Origin: Auanema rhodensis
Taxonomy: Eukaryota > Animalia > Nematoda
DNA: 64,000 nt
NCBI GenBank assembly: GCA_964057225.1
Contig: OZ059896.1
Coordinates: 4,836,001-4,900,000 of the forward strand
Direction: 5' to 3'
Shown here: positions 25,588-40,371 of the stretch, in pieces
Layout: every line of letters begins with the position of its first letter
Numbering within the stretch: the stretch's first letter is position 1
Notes under the pieces: generated by a model
Databases searched by the model: none
What the model was told of the DNA's origin: nothing
What the model saw: the letters and a program-made list of their open reading frames with translations, nothing else
Position numbers and translations under genes: made by a program

Positions 25588-28500
25588 AAATTAAAGTTCA
25601 CGTAAATTTCAAAGTCATGGTTACCATGAACCAATATCAATAAAAATTTGTTTTTAGACTAATATGGACATGGGGAATCTAATTTTGAAAACCGCATCTA
25701 TTTATCTTTCACGCGAAGCGAGTTACATACCAAGTGCACATCACGTGTACATTTAATTAGCATAAAGTAAAGTTCACGTAAATTTCAAAGTCATGGTTAG
25801 CATGAACCAATATCAATAAAAATTTGTTTTTAGACTAATATGGACATGGGGAATCTAATTTTGAAAACCGCATCTCTTTATCTTTCACGTGAAGCGAGTT
25901 ACATTCCAGGTGCACATCACGTGTACATTTATTTAGCATAAATTAAAGTTCACGTAAATTTCAAAGTCATGGTTACCATGAACCAATATCAATAAAAATT
26001 TGTTTTTAGACTAATATGGACATGGGGAATCTAATTTTGCAAACCGCATCTCTTTATCTTTCACGTGAGGCGAGTTACATACCAAGTGCACATCACGTGT
26101 ACATTTAATTAGCATAAATTAAAGTTCACGTAAATTTCAAAGTCATGGTTACCATGAACCAATATCAATAAAAATTTGTTTTTAGACTAATATGGACATG
26201 GGGAATCTAATTTTGAAAACCGCATCTCTTTATCTTTCACGTGAAGCGAGTTACATACCAAGTGCACATCACGTGTACATTTAATTAGCATAAATTAAAG
26301 TTCACGTAAATTTCAAAGTCATGGTTACCATGAACCAATATCAATAAAAATTTGTTTTTAGACTAATATGGACATGGGGAATCTAATTTTGAAAACCGCA
26401 TCTCTTTATATTTCACGTGAAGCGAGTTACATACCAAGTGCACATCACGTGTACATTTAATTAGCATAAATTAAAGTTCACGTAAATTTCAAAGTCATGG
26501 TTACCATGCACCAATATCAATAAAAATTTGTTTTTAGACTAATATGGACATGGTGAATCTAATTTTGAAAACCGCATCTCTTTATCTTTCACGTGAAGCG
26601 AGTTACATACCAAGTGCACATCACGTGTACATTTAATTAGAATAAATTAAAGTTCAAGTAAATTTCAAAGTCATGATTACCATGAACCAATATCAATAAA
26701 AATTTGTTTTTAGACTAATATGGACATGGGGAATCTAATTTTGAAAACCGCATCTCTTTATCTTTCACGTGAAGCGAGTTACATACCAAGTGCACATCAC
26801 GTGTACATTTAATTAGCATAAATTAAAGTTCACGTAAATTTCAAAGTCATGGTTACCATGCACCAATATCAATAACAATTTGTTTTTAGACTAATATGGA
26901 CATGGGGAATCTAATTTTGAAAACCGCATCTCTTTATCTTTCACGTGAAGCGAGTTACATACCAAGTGCACATCACGTGTACATTTAATTAGCATAAATT
27001 AAAGTTCACGTAAATTTCAAAGTCATGGTTACCATGAACCAATATCAATAAAAATTTGTTTTTAGACTAATATGGACATGGGGAATCTAATTTTGAAAAC
27101 CGCATCTCTTTATCTTTCACGTGAAGCGAGTTACATACCAAGTGCACATCACGTGTACATTTAATTAGCATAAATTAAAGTTCACGTAAATTTCAAAGTC
27201 ATGGTTACCATGCACCAATATCAATAAAAATTTGTTTTTAGACTAATATGGACATGGGGAATCTAATTTCGAAAACCGCATCTCTTTATCTTTCACGTGA
27301 AGCGAGTTACATACCAAGTGCACATCACGTGTACATTCAATTAGCATAAATTAAAGTTCACGTAAATTTCAAAGTCATGGTTAGCATGAACCAATATCAA
27401 TAAAAATTTGTTTTTAGACTAATATGGACATGGGGAATCTAATTTTGAAAACCGCATCTCTTTATCTTTCACGTGAAGCGAGTTACATTCCAGGTGCACA
27501 TCACGTGTACATTTATTTAGCATAAATTAAAGTTCACGTAAATTTCAAAGTCATGGTTACCATTAACCAATATCAATAAAAATTTGTTTTTAGACTAATA
27601 TGGACATGGGGAATCTAATTTTGCAAACCGCATCTCTTTATCTTTCACGTGAAGCGAGTCACATACCAAGTGCACATCACGTGTACATTCAATTAGCATA
27701 AATTAAAGTTCACGTAAATTTCAAAGTCATGGTTACCATGCACCAATATCAATAAAAATTTGTTTTTAGACTAATATGAACATGGGGAATCTAATTTTGA
27801 AAACCGCATCTCTTTATCTTCCACGTGAAGCGAGTTACATACCAAGTGCACATCACGTGTACATTTAATTAGCATAAATTAAAGTTCACGTAATTTTCAA
27901 AGTCATGGTTACCATGAACCAATATCAATAAAAATTTGTTTTTAGACTAATATGGACATGGGGAATCTAATTTTGAAAACCGCATCTATTTATCTTTCAC
28001 GCGAAGCGAGTTACATACCAAGTGCACATCACGTGTACATTTAATTAGCATAAAGTAAAGTTCACGTAAATTTCAAAATCATGGTTACCATGAACCAATA
28101 TCAATAAAAATTTGTTTTTAGACTCATATGGACATGGGGAATCTAATTTTGAAAACCGCATCTCTTTATCTTTCACGTGAGGCGAGTTACATACCAAGTG
28201 CACATCACGTGTACATTTAATTAGCATAAGTTAAAGTTCACGTAAATTTCAAAGTCATGGTTACCATGCACCAATATCAATAAAAATTTGTTTTTAGACT
28301 AATATGGACATGGGGAATCTAATTTTGAAAACCGCATCTCTTTATCTTTCACGTGAAGCGAGTTACATACCAAGTGCACATCACGTGTACATTTAATTAG
28401 CATAAATTAAAGTTCACGTAAATTTCAAAGTCATGGTTAGCATGAACCAATATCAATAAAAATTTGTTTTTAGACTAATATGGACATGGGGAATCCAATT

Positions 28501-30699
28501 TTGAAAACGTCATCTCTTTATCTTTCACGTGAAGCGAGTTACATACCAAGTGCACATCACGTGTACATTTAATTAGCATAAATTAAAGTTCACGTAAATT
28601 TCAAAGTCATGGTTACCATGAACCAATATCAATAAAAATTTGTTTTTAGACTAATATGGACATGGGGAATCTAATTTTGAAAACCGCATCTCTTTATCTT
28701 TCACGTGAAGCGAGTTACATACCAAGTGCACATCACGTGTACATTTAATTAGCATAAATTAAAGTTCACGTAAATTTCAAAGTCATGGTTACCATGCACC
28801 AATATCAATAAAAATTTGTTTTTAGACTAATATGGACATGGGGAATCTAATTTTGAAAACGTCATCTCTTTTTCTTTCACGTGAAGCGAGTTACATAAGA
28901 AGTGCACATCACGTGTACATTTAATTAGCATAAATTAAAGTTCACGTAAATTTCAAAGTCATGGTTACCATGAACCAATATCAATAAAAATTTGTTTTTA
29001 GACTAATATGGACATGGGGAATCTAATTTTGAAAACCGCATCTCTTTATCTTTCACGTGAAGCGAGTTACATACCAAGTGCACATCACGTGTACATTTAA
29101 TTAGCATAAATTAAAGTTAACGTAAATTTCAAAGTCATGGTTACCATGCACCAATATCAATAAAAATTTGTTTTTAGACTAATATGGACATGGGGAATCT
29201 AATTTTGAAAACGTCATCTCTTTATCTTTCACGTGAAGCGAGTTACATACCAAGTGCACATCACGTGTACATTTAATTAGCATAAATTAAAGTTCACGTA
29301 AATTTCAAAGTCATGGTTACCATGAACCAATATCAATAAAAATTTGTTTTTAGACTAATATGGACATGGGGAATCTAATTTTGAAAACCGCATCTCTTTA
29401 TCTTTCACGTGAAGCGAGTTACATTCCAGGTGCACATCACGTGTACATTTATTTAGCATAAATTAAAGTTCACGTAAATTTCAAAGTCATGGTTACCATG
29501 AACCAATATCAATAAAAATTTGTTTTTAGACTAATATGGACATGGGGAATCTAATTTTGCAAACCGCATCTCTTTATCTTTCACGTGAGGCGAGTTACAT
29601 ACCAACTGCACATCACGTGTACATTTAATTAGCATAAATTAAAGTTCACGTAAATTTCAAAGTCATGGTTACCATGAACCAATATCAATAAAAATTTGTT
29701 TTTAGACTAATATGGACATGGGGAATCTAATTTTGAAAACCGCATCTCTTTATCTTTCACGTGAAGCAAGTTACATACCAAGTGCACATCACGTGTACAT
29801 TTAATTAGCATAAATTAAAGTTCACGTAAATTTCAAAGTCATGGTTACCATGAACCAATATCAATAAAAATTTGTTTTTAGACTAATATGGACATGGGGA
29901 ATCTAATTTTGAAAACCGCATCTTTTTATATTTCACGTGAAGCGAGTTACATACCAAGTGCACATCACGTGTACATTTAATTAGCATAAATTAAAGTTAA
30001 CGTAAATTTCAAAGTCATGGTTACCATGCACCAATATCAATAAAAATTTGTTTTTAGACTAATATGGACATGGTGAATCTAATTTTGAAAACCGCATCTC
30101 TTTATCTTTCACGTGAAGCGAGTTACATACCAAGTGCACATCACGTGTACATTTAATTAGAATAAATTAAAGTTCACGTAAATTTCAAAGTCATGATTAC
30201 CATGAACCAATATCAATAAAAATTTGTTTTTAGACTAATATGGACATGGGGAATCTAATTTTGAAAACCGCATCTCTTTATCTTTCACGTGAAGCGAGTT
30301 ACATACCAAGTGCACATCACGTGTACATTTAATTAGCATAAATTAAAGTTCACGTAAATTTCAAAGTCATGGTTACCATGCACCAATATCAATAAAAATT
30401 TGTTTTTAGCCTAATATGGACATGGGGAATCTAATTTTGAAAACCACATCTCTTTATCTTTCACGTGAAGCGAGTTACATACCAAGTGCACATCACGTGT
30501 ACATTTAATTAGCATAAATTAAAGTTCACGTAAATTTCAAAGTCATGGTTACCATGAACCAATATCAATAAAAATTTGTTTTTAGACTAATATGGACATG
30601 AGGAATCTAATTTTGAAAACCGCATCTCTTCATCTTTCACGTGAAGCGAGTTACATACCAAGTGCACATCACGTGTACATTTAATTAGCATAAATTAAA

Positions 30700-33600
30700 G
30701 TTCACGTAAATTTCAAAGTCATGGTTACCATGCACCAATATCAATAAAAATTTGTTTTTAGACTAATATGGACATGGGGAATCTAATTTCGAAAACCGCA
30801 TCTCTTTATCTTTCACGTGAAGCGAGTTACATACCAAGTGCACATCACGTGTACATTCAATTAGCATAAATTATAGTTCACGTAAATTTCAAAGTCATGG
30901 TTAGCATGAACCAATATCAATAAAAATTTGTTTTTAGACTAATATGGACATGGGGAATCTAATTTTGAAAACCGCATCTCTTTATCTTTCACGTGAAGCG
31001 AGTTACATTCCAGGTGCACATCACGTGTACATTTATTTAGCATAAATTAAAGTTCACGTAAATTTCAAAGTCATGGTTACCATGAACCAATATCAATAAA
31101 AATTTGTTTTTAGACTAATATGGACATGGGGAATCTAATTTTGCAAACCGCATCTCTTTATCTTTCACGTGAAGCGAGTCACATACCAAGTGCACATCAC
31201 GTGTACATTCAATTAGCATAAATTAAAGTTCACGTAAATTTCAAAGTCATGGTTACCATGCACCAATATCAATAAAAATTTGTTTTTAGACTAATATGAA
31301 CATGGGGAATCTAATTTTGAAAACCGCATCTCTTTATCTTCCACGTGAAGCGAGTTACATACCAAGTGCACATCACGTGTACATTTAATTAGCATAAATT
31401 AAAGTTCACGTAATTTTCAAAGTCATGGTTACCATGAACCAATATCAATAAAAATTTGTTTTTAGACTAATATGGACATGGGGAATCTAATTTTGAAAAC
31501 CGCATCTATTTATCTTTCACGCGAAGCGAGTTACATACCAAGTGCACATCACGTGTACATTTAATTAACATAAAGTAAAGTTCACGTAAATTTCAAAATC
31601 ATGGTTACCATGAACCAATATCAATAAAAATTTGTTTTTAGACTAATATGGACATGGGGAATCTAATTTCGAAAACCGCATCTCTTTATCTTTCACGTGA
31701 AGCGAGTTACATACCAAGTGCACATCACGTGTACATTCAATTAGCATAAATTAAAGTTCACGTAATTTTCAAAGTCATGGTTACCATGCACCAATATCAA
31801 TAAAAATTTGTTTTTAGACTAATATGGACATGGGGAATCTAATTTTGAATACCGCATCTCTTTATCTTTCACGTGAAGCGAGTTACATACCAAGTGCACA
31901 TCACGTGTACATTTAATTAGCATAAATTAAAGTTCACTTAAATTTCAAAGTCATGGTTACCATGCATCAATATCAATAAAATTTTGTTTTTAGACTAATA
32001 TGGACATGGGGAATCTAATTTTGAAAACCGCATCTCTTTATCTTTCACGTGAAGCGAGTTACATACCAAGTGCACATCACGTGTACATTTAATTAGCATA
32101 AATTAAAGTTCACGTAAATTTCAAAGTCATGGTTAGCATGAACCAATATCAATAAAAATTTGTTTTTAGACTAATATGGACATGGGGAATCTAATTTTGA
32201 AAACGTCATCTCTTTATCTTTCACGTGAAGCGAGTTACATACCAAGTGCACATCACGTGTACATTTAATTAGCATAAATTAAAGTTCACGTAAATTTCAA
32301 AGTCATGGTTACCATGAACCAATATCAATAAAAATTTGTTTTTAGACTAATATGGACATGGGGAATCTAATTTTGAAAACCGCATCTCTTTATCTTTCAC
32401 GTGAAGCGAGTTACATACCAAGTGCACATCACGTGTACATTTAATTAGCATAAATTAAAGTTCACGTAAATTTCAAAGTCATGGTTACCATGCACCAATA
32501 TCAATAAAAATTTGTTTTTAGACTAATATGGACATGGGGAATCTAATTTTGAAAACGTCATCTCTTTATCTTTCACGTGAAGCGAGTTACATACCAAGTG
32601 CACATCACGTGTACATTTAATTAGCATAAATTAAAGTTCACGTAAATTTCAAAGTCATGGTTACCATGAACCAATATCAATAAAAATTTGTTTTTAGACT
32701 AATATGGACATGGGGAATCTAATTTTGAAAACCGCATCTCTTTATCTTTCACGTGAAGCGAGTTACATACCAAGTGCACATCACGTGTACATTTAATTAG
32801 CATAAATTAAAGTTCACGTAAATTTCAAAGTCATGGTTACCATGCACCAATATCAATAAAAATTCGTTTTTCGACTAATATGGACATGGGGAATCTAATT
32901 TCGAAAACCGCATCTCTTTATCTTTCACGTGAAGCGAGTTACATACCAAGTGCACATCACGTGTACATTCAATTAGCATAAATTAAAGTTCACGTAAATT
33001 TCAAAGTCATGATTACCATACACCAATATCAATAAAAATTTGTTTTTAGACTAATATGGACATGGGGAATCTAATTTTGAAAACCGCATCTCTTTATCTT
33101 TCATGTGAAGCGAGTTACATTCCAGGTGCACATCACGTGTACATTTATTTAGCATAAATTAAAGTTCACGTAAATTTCAAAGTCATGGTTACCATGAACC
33201 AATATCAATAAAAATTTGTTTTTAGACTAATATGGACATGGGGAATCTAATTTTGCAAACCGCATCTCTTTATCTTTCACGTGAGGCGAGTTACATACCA
33301 AGTGCACATCACGTGTACATTTAATTAGCATAAATTAAAGTTCACGTAAATTTCAAAGTCATGGTTACCATGAACCAATATCAATAAAAATTTGTTTTTA
33401 GACTAATATGGACATGGGGAATCTAATTTTGAAAACCGCATCTCTTTATCTTTCACGTGAAGCGAAATACATACCAAGTGCACATCACGTGTACATTTAA
33501 TTAGCATAAATTAAAGTTCACGTAAATTTCAAAGTCATGGTTACCATGCACCAATATCAATAAAAATTTGTTTTTAGACTAATATGGACATGGGGAATCT

Positions 33601-36600
33601 AATTTCGAAAACCGCATCTCTTTATCTTTCACGTGAAGCGAGTTACATACCAAGTGCACATCACGTGTACATTCAATTAGCATAAATTATAGTTCACGTA
33701 AATTTCAAAGTCATGGTTAGCATGAACCAATATCAATAAAAATTTGTTTTTAGACTAATATGGACATGGGGAATCTAATTTTGAAAACCGCATCTCTTTA
33801 TCTTTCACGTGAAGCGAGTTACATTCCAGGTGCACATCACGTGTACATTTATTTAGCATAAATTAAAGTTCACGTAAATTTCAAAGTCATGGTTACCATG
33901 AACCAATATCAATAAAAATTTGTTTTTAGACTAATATGGACATGGGGAATCTAATTTTGCAAACCGCATCTCTTTATCTTTCACGTGAAGCGAGTCACAT
34001 ACCAAGTGCACATCACGTGTACATTCAATTAGCATAAATTAAAGTTCACGTAAATTTCAAAGTCATGGTTACCATGCACCAATATCAATAAAAATTTGTT
34101 TTTAGACTAATATGAACATGGGGAATCTAATTTTGAAAACCGCATCTCTTTATCTTCCACGTGAAGCGAGTTACATACCAAGTGCACATCACGTGTACAT
34201 TTAATTAGCATAAATTAAAGTTCACGTAATTTTCAAAGTCATGGTTACCATGAACCAATATCAATAAAAATTTGTTTTTAGACTAATATGGACATGGGGA
34301 ATCTAATTTTGAAAACCGCATCTATTTATCTTTCACGCGAAGCGAGTTACATACCAAGTGCACATCACGTGTACATTTAATTAGCATAAAGTAAAGTTCA
34401 CGTAAATTTCAAAATCATGGTTACCATGAACCAATATCAATAAAAATTTGTTTTTAGACTAATATGGACATGGGGAATCTAATTTCGAAAACCGCATCTC
34501 TTTATCTTTCACGTGAAGCGAGTTACATACCAAGTGCACATCACGTGTACATTCAATTAGCATAAATTAAAGTTCACGTAATTTTCAAAGTCATGGTTAC
34601 CATGCACCAATATCAATAAAAATTTGTTTTTAGACTAATATGGACATGGGGAATCTAATTTTGAATACCGCATCTCTTTATCTTTCACGTGAAGCGAGTT
34701 ACATACCAAGTGCACATCACGTGTACATTTAATTAGCATAAATTAAAGTTCACTTAAATTTCAAAGTCATGGTTACCATGCATCAATATCAATAAAATTT
34801 TGTTTTTAGACTAATATGGACATGGGGAATCTAATTTTGAAAACCGCATCTCTTTATCTTTCACGTGAAGCGAGTTACATACCAAGTGCACATCACGTGT
34901 ACATTTAATTAGCATAAATTAAAGTTCACGTAAATTTCAAAGTCATGGTTAGCATGAACCAATATCAATAAAAATTTGTTTTTAGACTAATATGGACATG
35001 GGGAATCTAATTTTGAAAACGTCATCTCTTTATCTTTCACGTGAAGCGAGTTACATACCAAGTGCACATCACGTGTACATTTAATTAGCATAAATTAAAG
35101 TTCACGTAAATTTCAAAGTCATGGTTACCATGAACCAATATCAATAAAAATTTGTTTTTAGACTAATATGGACATGGGGAATCTAATTTTGCAAACCGCA
35201 TCTCTTTATCTTTCACGTGAGGCGAGTTACATACCAAGTGCACATCACGTGTACATTTAATTAGCATAAATTAAAGTTCACGTAAATTTCAAAGTCATGG
35301 TTACCATGAACCAATATCAATAAAAATTTGTTTTTAGACTAATATGGACATGGGGAATCTAATTTTGAAAACCGCATCTCTTTATCTTTCACGTGAAGCG
35401 AAATACATACCAAGTGCACATCACGTGTACATTTAATTAGCATAAATTAAAGTTCACGTAAATTTCAAAGTCATGGTTACCATGCACCAATATCAATAAA
35501 AATTTGTTTTTAGACTAATATGGACATGGGGAATCTAATTTCGAAAACCGCATCTCTTTATCTTTCACGTGAAGCGAGTTACATACCAAGTGCACATCAC
35601 GTGTACATTCAATTAGCATAAATTATAGTTCACGTAAATTTCAAAGTCATGGTTAGCATGAACCAATATCAATAAAAATTTGTTTTTAGACTAATATGGA
35701 CATGGGGAATCTAATTTTGAAAACCGCATCTCTTTATCTTTCACGTGAAGCGAGTTACATTCCAGGTGCACATCACGTGTACATTTATTTAGCATAAATT
35801 AAAGTTCACGTAAATTTCAAAGTCATGGTTACCATGAACCAATATCAATAAAAATTTGTTTTTAGACTAATATGGACATGGGGAATCTAATTTTGCAAAC
35901 CGCATCTCTTTATCTTTCACGTGAAGCGAGTCACATACCAAGTGCACATCACGTGTACATTCAATTAGCATAAATTAAAGTTCACGTAAATTTCAAAGTC
36001 ATGGTTACCATGCACCAATATCAATAAAAATTTGTTTTTAGACTAATATGAACATGGGGAATCTAATTTTGAAAACCGCATCTCTTTATCTTCCACGTGA
36101 AGCGAGTTACATACCAAGTGCACATCACGTGTACATTTAATTAGCATAAATTAAAGTTCACGTAATTTTCAAAGTCATGGTTACCATGAACCAATATCAA
36201 TAAAAATTTGTTTTTAGACTAATATGGACATGGGGAATCTAATTTTGAAAACCGCATCTATTTATCTTTCACGCGAAGCGAGTTACATACCAAGTGCACA
36301 TCACGTGTACATTTAATTAGCATAAAGTAAAGTTCACGTAAATTTCAAAATCATGGTTACCATGAACCAATATCAATAAAAATTTGTTTTTAGACTAATA
36401 TGGACATGGGGAATCTAATTTCGAAAACCGCATCTCTTTATCTTTCACGTGAAGCGAGTTACATACCAAGTGCACATCACGTGTACATTCAATTAGCATA
36501 AATTAAAGTTCACGTAATTTTCAAAGTCATGGTTACCATGCACCAATATCAATAAAAATTTGTTTTTAGACTAATATGGACATGGGGAATCTAATTTTGA

Positions 36601-38270
36601 ATACCGCATCTCTTTATCTTTCACGTGAAGCGAGTTACATACCAAGTGCACATCACGTGTACATTTAATTAGCATAAATTAAAGTTCACTTAAATTTCAA
36701 AGTCATGGTTACCATGCATCAATATCAATAAAATTTTGTTTTTAGACTAATATGGACATGGGGAATCTAATTTTGAAAACCGCATCTCTTTATCTTTCAC
36801 GTGAAGCGAGTTACATACCAAGTGCACATCACGTGTACATTTAATTAGCATAAATTAAAGTTCACGTAAATTTCAAAGTCATGGTTAGCATGAACCAATA
36901 TCAATAAAAATTTGTTTTTAGACTAATATGGACATGGGGAATCTAATTTTGAAAACGTCATCTCTTTATCTTTCACGTGAAGCGAGTTACATACCAAGTG
37001 CACATCACGTGTACATTTAATTAGCATAAATTAAAGTTCACGTAAATTTCAAAGTCATGGTTACCATGAACCAATATCAATAAAAATTTGTTTTTAGACT
37101 AATATGGACATGGGGAATCTAATTTTGAAAACCGCATCTCTTTATCTTTCACGTGAAGCGAGTTACATACCAAGTGCACATCACGTGTACATTTAATTAG
37201 CATAAATTAAAGTTCACGTAAATTTCAAAGTCATGGTTACCATGCACCAATATCAATAAAAATTTGTTTTTAGACTAATATGGACATGGGGAATCTAATT
37301 TTGAAAACGTCATCTCTTTATCTTTCACGTGAAGCGAGTTACATACCAAGTGCACATCACGTGTACATTTAATTAGCATAAATTAAAGTTCACGTAAATT
37401 TCAAAGTCATGGTTACCATGAACCAATATCAATAAAAATTTGTTTTTAGACTAATATGGACATGGGGAATCTAATTTTGAAAACCGCATCTCTTTATCTT
37501 TCACGTGAAGCGAGTTACATACCAAGTGCACATCACGTGTACATTTAATTAGCATAAATTAAAGTTCACGTAAATTTCAAAGTCATGGTTACCATGCACC
37601 AATATCAATAAAAATTCGTTTTTCGACTAATATGGACATGGGGAATCTAATTTCGAAAACCGCATCTCTTTATCTTTCACGTGAAGCGAGTTACATACCA
37701 AGTGCACATCACGTGTACATTCAATTAGCATAAATTAAAGTTCACGTAAATTTCAAAGTCATGATTACCATACACCAATATCAATAAAAATTTGTTTTTA
37801 GACTAATATGGACATGGGGAATCTAATTTTGAAAACCGCATCTCTTTATCTTTCATGTGAAGCGAGTTACATTCCAGGTGCACATCACGTGTACATTTAT
37901 TTAGCATAAATTAAAGTTCACGTAAATTTCAAAGTCATGGTTACCATGAACCAATATCAATAAAAATTTGTTTTTAGACTAATATGGACATGGGGAATCT
38001 AATTTTGCAAACCGCATCTCTTTATCTTTCACGTGAGGCGAGTTACATACCAAGTGCACATCACGTGTACATTTAATTAGCATAAATTAAAGTTCACGTA
38101 AATTTCAAAGTCATGGTTACCATGAACCAATATCAATAAAAATTTGTTTTTAGACTAATATGGACATGGGGAATCTAATTTTGAAAACCGCATCTCTTTA
38201 TCTTTCACGTGAAGCGAAATACATACCAAGTGCACATCACGTGTACATTTAATTAGCATAAATTAAAGTT
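30700..38270 (-). repeat. Right-arm-specific 16-mer/11-mer/16-mer amplification
   Basis: TTATAGTTC at ~30873, 33689 and 35625 (single left copy ~20081). GCGAAATAC at ~33465, 35401 and 38217 (single left copy ~15551). Spacings are 2816 bp (16x176) and 1936 bp (11x176). Ends approximate. Confidence 0.82.
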
Positions 38271-40371
38271 CACGTAAATTTCAAAGTCATGGTTACCATG
38301 AACCAATATCAATAAAAATTTGTTTTTAGACTAATATGGACATGGGGAATCTAATTTTGAAAACCGCATCTCTTTATATTTCACGTGAAGCGAGTTACAT
38401 ACCAAGTGCACATCACGTGTACATTTAATTAGCATAAATTAAAGTTCACGTAAATTTCAAAGTCATGGTTACCATGCACCAATATCAATAAAAATTTGTT
38501 TTTAGACTAATATGGACATGGTGAATCTAATTTTGAAAACCGCATCTCTTTATCTTTCACGTGAAGCGAGTTACATACCAAGTGCACATCACGTGTACAT
38601 TTAATTAGAATAAATTAAAGTTCACGTAAATTTCAAAGTCATGATTACCATGAACCAATATCAATAAAAATTTGTTTTTAGACTAATATGGACATGGGGA
38701 ATCTAATTTTGAAAACCGCATCTCTTTATCTTTCACGTGAAGCGAGTTACATACCAAGTGCACATCACGTGTACATTTAATTAGCATAAATTAAAGTTCA
38801 CGTAAATTTCAAAGTCATGGTTACCATGCACCAATATCAATAAAAATTTGTTTTTAGACTAATATGGACATGGGGAATCTAATTTTGAAAACGTCATCTC
38901 TTTATCTTTCACGTGAAGCGAGTTACATACCAAGTGCACATCACGTGTACATTTAATTAGCATAAATTAAAGTTCACGTAAATTTCAAAGTCATGGTTAC
39001 CATGCACCAATATCAATAAAATTTTGTTTTTAGACTAATATGGACATGGGGAATCTAATTATGAAAACCGCATCTCTTTATCTTTCACGTGAAGCGAGTT
39101 ACATACCAAGTGCACATCACGTGTACATTTAATTAGCATAAATTAAAGTTCACGTAAATTTCAAAGTCATGGTTACCATGAACCAATATCAATAAAAATT
39201 TGTTTTTAGACTAATATGGACATGGGGAATCTAATTTTGAAAACCGCATCTCTTTATCTTTCACGTGAAGCGAGTTACATACCAAGTGCACATCACGTGT
39301 ACATTTAATTAGCATAAATTAAAGTTCACGTAAATTTCAAAGTCATGGTTACCATGCACCAATATCAATAAAAATTTGTTTTTAGACTAATATGGACATG
39401 GGGAATCTAATTTCGAAAACCGCATCTCTTTATCTTTCACGTGAAGCGAGTTACATACCAAGTGCACATCACGTGTACATTCAATTAGCATAAATTAAAG
39501 TTCACGTAAATTTCAAAGTCATGGTTAGCATGAACCAATATCAATAAAAATTTGTTTTTAGACTAATATGGACATGGGGAATCTAATTTTGAAAACCGCA
39601 TCTCTTTATCTTTCACGTGAAGCGAGTTACATTCCAGGTGCACATCACGTGTACATTTATTTAGCATAAATTAAAGTTCACGTAAATTTCAAAGTCATGG
39701 TTACCATGAACCAATATCAATAAAAATTTGTTTTTAGACTAATATGGACATGGGGAATCTAATTTTGCAAACCGCATCTCTTTATCTTTCACGTGAAGCG
39801 AGTCACATACCAAGTGCACATCACGTGTACATTCAATTAGCATAAATTAAAGTTCACGTAAATTTCAAAGTCATGGTTACCATGCACCAATATCAATAAA
39901 AATTTGTTTTTAGACTAATATGAACATGGGGAATCTAATTTTGAAAACCGCATCTCTTTATCTTCCACGTGAAGCGAGTTACATACCAAGTGCACATCAC
40001 GTGTACATTTAATTAGCATAAATTAAAGTTCACGTAATTTTCAAAGTCATGGTTACCATGAACCAATATCAATAAAAATTTGTTTTTAGACTAATATGGA
40101 CATGGGGAATCTAATTTTGAAAACCGCATCTATTTATCTTTCACGCGAAGCGAGTTACATACCAAGTGCACATCACGTGTACATTTAATTAGCATAAAGT
40201 AAAGTTCACGTAAATTTCAAAATCATGGTTACCATGAACCAATATCAATAAAAATTTGTTTTTAGACTCATATGGACATGGGGAATCTAATTTTGAAAAC
40301 CGCATCTCGTTATCTTTCACGTGAGGCGAGTTACATACCAAGTGCACATCACGTGTACATTTAATTAGCAT

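Larger units (their letters stand above)
13400..40371. repeat. Inner variant domain (subfamily B), spanning the axis
   Basis: Carries variants CACCTGGAAT, GCTAAATAA, GCTAATTGA, CTTCGCGTG, GTGGAAG, GGTTTGCAAA, TTTCGAAA and frequent GGTTCATGG. Lacks the GAGTTTG, TTCTCC and TACTCT variants of the outer domain. Boundaries are approximate to about one monomer. Confidence 0.85.
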
